From positions 1 through 44,069 of IMG/VR virus record IMGVR_UViG_3300027986_000016: DNA of 44,069 nt; one strand, 5' to 3'. Of the stretch, positions 7,979 through 15,400 are shown piece after piece. A program made the translations under genes and the position numbers. The notes under the pieces are model-generated. The model did not search any database, had not been told where the DNA came from, and was given only the letters and a program-made list of their open reading frames with translations. Each line of letters starts with the position of its first letter. Position 1 is the stretch's first letter. The DNA comes from a virus. Lineage: Duplodnaviria > Caudoviricetes.

Positions 7979-9615
7979 TGCCAACGGGACTCCAGGGTTA
8001 CACCGAAGGCGGTGAAGGCTATTTAGGGCTAGCAATCTCGTGGCGTCCCGATGGCGTCACCGATCCCTTTGCCTTTGTCGCGCCAACATCGTTCGTACTC
8101 GCTGAGAGCAAGTCGCTCGACCAGGCGTACACGCACATCGAGCGAGACGCCTATGTCGGATCGCGCGACACGGACAAGGGACACCGGCACGGCAAGGCTG
8201 CTGTCGGAGGTCCGATCACGTTCGCGCTCTATCCGACCAACGGGCTGGACATCTGGGAGGCTGGGCTTGGCTTCAAGGCCGCTGTCTCGGCCATCGCTTC
8301 CGACACCACGACCGCTATTCAGAACGGAGCCATGACTCCTCCGGGCGCGCCAACCACGACGCCGTCCGGTACGGGTGGGACGCTGGCGGCAGGAACCTAC
8401 AAGTACGCTGTGACGTTCACGAGCGCCTACGGCGAGACAACGCTGGGCACCGCAACTGCGGGTGATGTCCTTTCAGGCTCTACGTCCAGCGACGCGCTCT
8501 CCGCGATCCCGGTTGGGCCTCCAGGCACCACAGGGCGAAACATTTACCGCGCACTTGGCGCGGGCGCATTCGCCTTCGTTCACGCCATCCCGGACAACAC
8601 CACCGCGACATGGACCGACACCGGAGCAACCGCATCAGGCGCGCCGCCGACGTACAACACGTCGCTGCCGGCGCACATCTCGATCCTGGCGCTCACGACC
8701 GGGAGCGCCGCCTACACCCCTGGCATCCCGATCCTGGTGGACACCGGACTGAATCAGGAGTGTAAGGCGTGCATCAAGTACGACGCTGTGAACAAGTGGC
8801 TGTACCTCCCGCTCCTGGGAGACAGGGACGGTCGCGTCATCACGCACACGAGCGCAGGAACCACGGTGGTCGCGCCGGCCTGCAACATCAACAGGCCGAT
8901 CACGCCGACTGACTTCTCGCGAAACCAGACAAACCTGCTCCCGACCGTGTCTGTCGAGGACAACATCGGCGGCAAGTACTCGTGGCAGTACCGGGGCGGC
9001 TACGTTGGCAAGATCAACCTGAAGGCGACTGCGGCCAAGACGACGGTCACGACCGACATCATGTTCAACAAGCCGCGCCAGCTTGCCAACGGCGAGGGAT
9101 CGAATCCGTCCCCGACCGCGTTCAACGACGCAGAGGCCGACCTGAACGACCTGTCGTTCGAGTACCAGGACGGCTTCCTGGCGATCGAGAGCGACCAGGC
9201 ATCAACGCAGGTGCCGATGCTTCAGCGGATGGACGACGCGACCGAGTGGGAGATCAACTTCAACAACAACCTCAAGGAAGAGGCCCCGATGGACGGGACT
9301 TCCGCGAAGAGGTACATCCCTGGCGCGAAGCGCAAGATCGACGTGAAGCTCAAGATGCTCAACACGGCTGACTACCCGGTGATCTACACCAACTTCGTCA
9401 GCAAGGACCTGGACGCCACCTTCATCGCACAGTTCGCGCAGAACGTGGGCACGGACGCGGCTCCGACGTGGAAGTTCCGAAGCTTCTACATGCCGCACGT
9501 CCGCTACGTGAAGAGCACCGAGGTCCAGGGGATCACGGACACCGTGGGCGAGAACGTCGAGGGCATCGCCCGTCGAGCAAGCGGACAGGAGAAGCTCTAC
9601 TCCTACTACATGTAG
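7978..9615 (+). CDS. Major tail tube protein with inserted Ig/Fn3-like and small beta domains
   Basis: YLGLA..ESKSL..VGGPITFALYP N-terminus; SVEDNIG..YRGGYVGKINLK..WEINFNNNL..KRKID C-terminus (tail-tube-2-like). Insert GTYKYAVTF..GETT..RNIYRA..WTDTG. Confidence 0.8.
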   Translation: MPTGLQGYTEGGEGYLGLAISWRPDGVTDPFAFVAPTSFVLAESKSLDQAYTHIERDAYVGSRDTDKGHRHGKAAVGGPITFALYPTNGLDIWEAGLGFKAAVSAIASDTTTAIQNGAMTPPGAPTTTPSGTGGTLAAGTYKYAVTFTSAYGETTLGTATAGDVLSGSTSSDALSAIPVGPPGTTGRNIYRALGAGAFAFVHAIPDNTTATWTDTGATASGAPPTYNTSLPAHISILALTTGSAAYTPGIPILVDTGLNQECKACIKYDAVNKWLYLPLLGDRDGRVITHTSAGTTVVAPACNINRPITPTDFSRNQTNLLPTVSVEDNIGGKYSWQYRGGYVGKINLKATAAKTTVTTDIMFNKPRQLANGEGSNPSPTAFNDAEADLNDLSFEYQDGFLAIESDQASTQVPMLQRMDDATEWEINFNNNLKEEAPMDGTSAKRYIPGAKRKIDVKLKMLNTADYPVIYTNFVSKDLDATFIAQFAQNVGTDAAPTWKFRSFYMPHVRYVKSTEVQGITDTVGENVEGIARRASGQEKLYSYYM

Positions 9616-9644
9616 GCACGATCTAGAGACACAATTTGCAAAGT

Positions 9645-9683
9645 GACAGGGCGCGGGTGGGCTTGCAACCTCCGCGCCCTGTC
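9645..9683 (+). terminator. Hairpin after the tail tube gene
   Basis: Perfect 12-bp stem GACAGGGCGCGG/CCGCGCCCTGTC followed by CCGTTT. Confidence 0.6.
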
Positions 9684-9730
9684 CCGTTTAACCGCCAAAG
9701 TACCTAAAAGTACAAGAAAGTTGGAGCATT

Positions 9731-10540
9731 ATGGACGGTTTCCTGCAATATCTCGCTAAGTGCTTCGCGGCGGCAACGCTCGCTGTAGCGACCGCCTTCG
9801 CCATTGCCATCACGATCGTGGTCGCGGCTGGCGGCTGGAATGGATGGGGAAGCGTGTCGCACACGAGCACCACACACTTCGCAAGCAAATGGGCCAGTTC
9901 TAGCAAAGTCCAGGCTCGCTGCGGTCTACCTACCAGTAAAGAGTTCTCCGGTAAGGACGGCTACAGCCAACGGTTTCAGTCATGCTGGATGAGCGAGGGC
10001 GCGGTCCAGATTCACAGCTACGGATCGCCGGCGACCAGCACTCCTGTCCCTACAGCCACGGCGACATATGCCCCTCTCCCGACTGTTCCGCCTACCACGA
10101 CACCCTGGCCTACGGCGATGCCCTTACCAACCAATACTCAGGTCCCACAGACGCTGTCGAGTCAGATGGTAGCTGTAATCAACGAGACTCGCGCCAGCTA
10201 TGGCGTGCCGCCTCTCACTGAAAGCACCGCGCAGGATGCGTGCTCTGAAGTGCATTCAGAGCACATGTACCAGCAGCACGGCATCTCGCACGACGAGTTC
10301 CCGCAGGACGTCTGCATCGGTTGGAATAACGTCGGTGAAAACGTCGGGCAAGCTGGCCCAGGCGATCCGCTTCAGATGCTCGGACTGCTACATAGCGAGA
10401 TGATGAACGAACCGCACTCGGTAGGCTGCCAGGGCAACCACGCCTGCAACATCATCAGCCCGCTCTACAATAGAGTTGGCGTCGGTGTGTACGTCGCGCC
10501 AGACGGAACCGTTTGGCTAACAGAAGACTTTGCAGGGTAG
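9731..10540 (+). CDS. Membrane-anchored CAP (SCP/Tpx-1/PR-1) domain protein
   Basis: N-terminal hydrophobic helix; Pro/Thr linker; INETRASYGVPPL..HSEHM..ISH..GENVG..HACNIISPLYNRVGVGV..WLTEDF. Confidence 0.9.
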   Translation: MDGFLQYLAKCFAAATLAVATAFAIAITIVVAAGGWNGWGSVSHTSTTHFASKWASSSKVQARCGLPTSKEFSGKDGYSQRFQSCWMSEGAVQIHSYGSPATSTPVPTATATYAPLPTVPPTTTPWPTAMPLPTNTQVPQTLSSQMVAVINETRASYGVPPLTESTAQDACSEVHSEHMYQQHGISHDEFPQDVCIGWNNVGENVGQAGPGDPLQMLGLLHSEMMNEPHSVGCQGNHACNIISPLYNRVGVGVYVAPDGTVWLTEDFAG

Positions 10541-10547
10541 GTGGAGC

Positions 10548-10883
10548 ATGGCTGACCAGAGCGAGGATTTTCTCCGACTTCGAGACATGGTTCAGAAGGG
10601 CTACTACAAAGAAGACACCGGCATCGCGCAGAGCGACCTGACGCCGATTCCGTGGGCGAATAAGCGGTGTAAGGACTGCCCCTTCTTTGAGGTCAACGCG
10701 GCGTACGTCCACGCTCCTGGGAAGTGCCGACTTCGTGGCGGCTTGAGTCGCCAACGCACAGATCATACCTGCCGGTACTTCGATCTAGAGATGCACGCCG
10801 AGGCCGAAGCGATCATCAACACGCACAACCCCGGCGCGCTCCGGGAATGGTGTACGTCCTTAGAGCCAATCTGGTGGAGCTAG
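10548..10883 (+). CDS. Four-Cys protein with HiPIP-like spacing
   Basis: RCKDCPFF..GKCRL..TCRYF; GGAG RBS before ATG 10548; no signal peptide. Confidence 0.6.
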   Translation: MADQSEDFLRLRDMVQKGYYKEDTGIAQSDLTPIPWANKRCKDCPFFEVNAAYVHAPGKCRLRGGLSRQRTDHTCRYFDLEMHAEAEAIINTHNPGALREWCTSLEPIWWS

Positions 10884-10963
10884 GCTATACTGAAGCCGAA
10901 CAGTGGTAGCAAGCACGGTCGCAAACTGCGGTAGCCCCGCCGACCGTGTTCTCAGGAGAGGTA

Positions 10964-11623
10964 ATGACTACAGGATCGGGCATTCGTAACCCCAACGCGA
11001 CCTACGGATATCGAGAGGACGACTGGCCGGAAGGCTCCCTCTGGACGTTCCGACGAGAGCAGACCGGCGACGACCGCGACGCCGTGTCCACCATGACCAC
11101 CAAGCAGGTGATCGGGCGCGTGGACCGCAAGAAGGTCCGCGAGATGATGAAGCGCGGCGAAGACATCCAGGACTACATCACGTCACTGACCGACACCGAG
11201 GTCCTGATGTCCACCGAGAAGGCGATGCTTGCGCGAATGAGCGTCAGGGTCGAGGGTAAGTTCTTCACCATCCCAGACGACTTCACCGACGACGACGGCA
11301 GGCCGCATCCGATGGCGGGTCAGTTGATCCCTCAGCCGCCGCCACGGAGTCTAGAGCGCAAGGACCCGGCACAGTACAAGGCCCAGCTTGCGCAGTTCGC
11401 GCAGTGGCTCGGCCTGATCGACCCCGAGGCGCGGAGTGAGGCGCTCCAGTTCATGTCGGCGGTGTGGGCAGGGGCTGACCCCGACGCCCTGAAACGCTTT
11501 CCGGGAGGCCGTGTGGGCGTGGACGAATCCACTGGAGGAGGGAGCGAGGAAGCTGAGGGAGGACTACGACTTCCCGCCCGAACTGCGGTACTACCGGGTG
11601 ATAGCTCTGACGGGGTGGACTGA
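10964..11623 (+). CDS. Tail assembly chaperone (gpG-like)
   Basis: AGGAGAGG RBS; between tail tube and tape measure; overlapped at the 3' end by a second frame. Confidence 0.7.
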   Translation: MTTGSGIRNPNATYGYREDDWPEGSLWTFRREQTGDDRDAVSTMTTKQVIGRVDRKKVREMMKRGEDIQDYITSLTDTEVLMSTEKAMLARMSVRVEGKFFTIPDDFTDDDGRPHPMAGQLIPQPPPRSLERKDPAQYKAQLAQFAQWLGLIDPEARSEALQFMSAVWAGADPDALKRFPGGRVGVDESTGGGSEEAEGGLRLPARTAVLPGDSSDGVD

Positions 11624-11771
11624 CGAAGAGTACCGCGCTCAACCCGATTCGGTCATCAACGAACTGTTCATGATTGACGAGATCGTGCGAGACGCAGATC
11701 GTCGCTTGCTCGCGAAGTTCACAGCAAACGAGTTGGCGCTGACTCTCGCACCGCTGTTCACCGTTCGGTGA
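11499..11771 (+). CDS. Tail assembly chaperone frameshift extension (gpT-like)
   Basis: +1 frame open from just after TGA 11490-11492 to 11771: FREAVWAW..PPEL..LTGWTDEEYRAQP, a gpT-like GW-T-x-x-E motif. Candidate shift site TTT-C at 11498-11501. Confidence 0.65.
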   Translation, partial: FREAVWAWTNPLEEGARKLREDYDFPPELRYYRVIALTGWTDEEYRAQPDSVINELFMIDEIVRDADRRLLAKFTANELALTLAPLFTVR

Positions 11772-11775
11772 CAGA

Positions 11776-11950
11776 CGAAAGCCCGACCAATCACCGTCTG
11801 CGACCCGCACTGCTGACGGTGATGTCGGGCTTTCGAGCGCCAGTCTGAGGCTCCTGCTCACCACCTCTGGTAAGTTTTGATCCCCCTCAGAAAATCCTCA
11901 GCCTGGCGCTATCTGGAGGATCATATTCAGCGCGGGTGCGGGTCGCGCTG
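11776..11950. ncRNA. Candidate structured RNA or bidirectional terminator complex
   Basis: Three stems: 11776-98/11815-35, 11836-50/11896-910, 11928-34/11944-50. 11-nt complementarity between 11800-10 and 11936-46. Confidence 0.45.
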
Positions 11951-11960
11951 GACTCTGGGC

Positions 11961-12248
11961 TTAGCCGATGGCGAAGTCTGCCGGGTTTCGATCGAGCCAC
12001 TGCTCGATCGCGCGTCCGATCGTCACGGTCAGGGAGTTCAGCTTCTCTGGGCCGTTGTCTCCGTAGCAGGCCAGAAAGCCGGCGACGTCGGGGGTCCGCA
12101 TGAGTACCTCTGTGTCGGACCCGCCCGAAATCTCCAGGATCATGGACAGAACCTGGCGCTTGACGTGGACAGGGGTCGCGTTTGGGTTCTTGTAGCCTGA
12201 CTGCCTCTCCTGGGTGGGAGTAGACTGCTGTCGCGTTTCGTGGACCAT
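11961..12248 (-). CDS. Hypothetical protein, antisense moron in the tail operon
   Basis: GAGGAG RBS before ATG 12248; 95 aa; own promoter upstream. Confidence 0.7.
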   Translation of the reverse strand: MVHETRQQSTPTQERQSGYKNPNATPVHVKRQVLSMILEISGGSDTEVLMRTPDVAGFLACYGDNGPEKLNSLTVTIGRAIEQWLDRNPADFAIG

Positions 12249-12297
12249 TGGTTCTCCTCTTTCGGGGATTGCCCAGCGGTCCCGCACCCGCAGAGAC

Positions 12298-12327
12298 ATT
12301 CTGCCATCAGTGCCGGAAGCGCGTCAA
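12298..12327 (-). promoter_or_regulatory. Sigma70-type promoter for the 11961-12248 gene
   Basis: Minus strand TTGACG-N18-CAGAAT with TGn extended -10. Confidence 0.55.
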
Positions 12328-12483
12328 TATGCATCTTTGTCGTAACCAAGTTGACAAGAATATACGCGCGGGCGCTGTTCCACGTACGCGCGTGTTCCGC
12401 GCCATGCGGAACGCCTATACTTTAGGTGGTTGAGGACCAGAGCATGCGGCTCAGGGAGCGCCCGCGTCCTCGCGGAGTCGCAA

Positions 12484-15400
12484 GTGGACAGCAGCAACAA
12501 CACTCTGATCCTCGAAATCATCATGAAGGCGGTTGACCAGGCGACCGCCGTCATTAAGTCTGTCGTTACCGAGCTAGGTGCTTTCGGCTCCAGCGCAAAC
12601 CTCGCCGCCATATCTCTGGGGGTCCTGGGCGGCGCGATGCTCGTCCACGGCGTCGAGTCGGCGGTGAAGTTCCAAGACGCCATGATGCTGGTTCACACGC
12701 AGGCTGGCGCGACGATGGAGCAGGTTCAGGGGCTAACTGCCTCTGTCGAACAACTCGCGCTTTCTCCTGTCGGCCAGAGCGCGGAAGTCCTGGCGCAAGG
12801 GTTGTACCACATCGAGTCAGCCCTCCAGGGGGCGCACGGCGCGATCCTCTCGAACGCTGCGGCGATGGACGTCCTGAAGACGGCAGCCGAGGGGGCGCGT
12901 GTCGGCCACGCCAACCTAGAGACGGTAACGAACGGGCTCATTGGTGTGATGGTGGCGTTCCCACAGTATCTCCACAACGCAACGGCAGCGATGGCCGAAC
13001 TGAACGCCATCATCGGTTCTGGTAATGTGCGCATGGGCGACCTGGCTCAGTCGATCGGCACCGGCGTGCTCCCGGTCTTCAAAGAAGCCGGCCTGACCAT
13101 CCAGGACTACGGTGCAGCCCTGGCGACCGCAACCGACAACGCCATGCCTGCCGAGATGGCCGCGACGCGCCTGCGCATGACCATCTCGCTCATCGAAGCA
13201 CCGAGCGTGGCGGCGACCAAGGCTCTCGCCTCTATCGGCATCGGCCAGACGCAACTAGCGTCCGACCTACGCCAACCGAACGGTCTGCTCAACGCCGTCG
13301 AAGACTTGAAGACGCACCTAGAGAACTCAGGCAAGACCGCTGTCGAACAGACCGCGATCATCGACTCAGCGTTTGGCCGTAGCCGTAGCTCTTCCATGAT
13401 TAACCTTCTCATTGACGAAGTGGGGCGGCTCTCCTCGAAGTATCAGCAGCAGGCCGACTCGGTGAAGAATTGGGCCAGCGACGTCGCAGCCGCAGAGAGC
13501 ACCGTCGCCGCGCGGTGGGACCAGTTCAAAGAAGTCATCTCGACTCTGGACATGGAGATCGCGTCAGCCCTACTCCCTGTCCTGGCACTTGCCATTACCG
13601 GACTGAAGGACGTCGCGCAGGCTGTCGGTTCCGTGCTGACTATCTCGCCTGGTGCGACCGCTGCGATTTTCGCGATAGCCGCTGCGTGGGCAGCCTTGAA
13701 TATCGTCATTATCGGTGGGCGTCTCGCGGCGGATGCGTGGGCGTTCTCTCTGCGCAACGTGCTGCCTGTCATCTCGCACACCGGCGCGGTGATTGGGTCT
13801 ACCAAAGACCTGGCCTTAACTATGGCCGCAGGCTTCCGTCAGGGCACAGCGGCAATCGGAGAAAGCTCCGCAGCCAGTATCACCGACGCTCAGGCGAAGG
13901 CGTTAGAGGCTGCATCGGAGAACGAGTTATCTAAGGCAACCGCGCTGCGCATGGCGAATACGCAGAAAGCCATCGTGGTTGCTGAAACCGACGCAGCCAT
14001 GACCGAGAAGGCAGCGGCCATACTCAACCTCAACACCATAAGCCAGAAGCAGAACGCTACAGAGCAAGAGATCGCCACTGCGAAAGCGAGGCTTCTGGCG
14101 GCAACAACCGACGCTCAGGCAGCATCGGTCGAGAGGCTAACAGCCGCAGAGGCAGTAAACACGGCTCGTGCTGAGTACATGGCTGCGAGCAACGCGCAGT
14201 TGGCGCTTTCGCAGGAGATCGAGACAGCCGCCACGGTGGACGCCACGGTTGCTACTGTCGGGCTGGACGGTGCATTGACAACGATGTACGCGCTACTCAG
14301 TCCGCTTATTGCTGTGGTGGCCGCAGTCGCCGGCACGATCGGGCTTGTGGTCATCGCGGCAGCGGCGCTCACTGTGGGTCTGTACGAACTGTACCAGCAT
14401 GTCCAGGGCGTCCACGATGCTATAGACGGATTCGTAAACTACGTCAAGGGCGACGTCATTCAAGCCTGGCGCGACTTCACAGGGGCTGTTGAGTTTGCGG
14501 TCAGCAAGGTAGGCGACTTCATTGGCTGGATGGGTAGTCTGCTCTCTCACAGTCACACCTGGGTCATGGGCATCGCCGCCATCTCTAAGGCGTTCACCGA
14601 CCTTATCAGCGCCATCAAAGACGCCGTTACCTGGATCGGCAACTTCATCGGGGCAATGGGCAATGTGGCAGGCGCGGTCATCTCTACGGTCGATCCTCTC
14701 CACAGGCAGTACCAGGCAACCGAAGATGCGAAGAAGGCGGCACAGACCTACAGCGAAGTCATGGGCTACGGCGTGTCGATGAACGAGCTTGCCGCAAAGG
14801 CCGGTGCGGGTTTCGCGGAACAAGCAGAGAAGCAAGAAGCCGCAACCAAGAAGCTCGTCGTGGCGCTCAAGGACTACGAGGCCATGCTGCATCAGGTGGC
14901 GGAAGACGCCCTTGGCAAGATCGACGCTGCGACCGCTGCCGCTGAGGCGAGCATGACGCGCTGGGCTGATACCTCAATCGCTTCGGCAAAACGGATGTCC
15001 GATGGTGTCATAGCTGAGATCAACAAAGTCTCTAAGCAACTCGGGACGCCGATGGGCGAGATGAGTCTTGGCAGCATATCCAACGCCGCCATAGGTGGTA
15101 GCACCAATACCGGAGCCACACAGACCGCAGCCGGCGTCGAAGCCTATACCAAGATGGCTGCCTCGCTCGACAAGTGGGACGAAGCTGCGCAGAAGCTACC
15201 GGAGCAGTTCCGGGCGGTCTTCGATGCGAATACGACCGCGCTGCAAGCCAAGCTGACGAGTGCGTTCGACGCCATGCAGGGGAAGATCACGGCAGAGAAC
15301 CAACGACACGAGACAGCTATCGCCGCGCTGAACAAGGACGAGCAAACCAAGGTCGCTGACGCACACAAGGCCGCGCAGCAGGCAATGAACAACGAGCAGA

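Noticed and set aside
7978-9615. Contractile tail sheath (suggested by the 545-aa size)
   Set aside because: The size is explained by inserted domains in a tube-like protein; no separate tube or baseplate wedge genes are present.
11770-11910. Hammerhead ribozyme on the minus strand (CTGAGGA...CGAAA next to a stem)
   Set aside because: Stem II does not close directly between CUGAnGA and GAAA, and no stem I partner follows the would-be cleavage site.
12351-12380. TTGACA at 12351 (also 40313 and minus-strand 40299) as promoters
   Set aside because: No acceptable -10 hexamer at 16-18 bp spacing.
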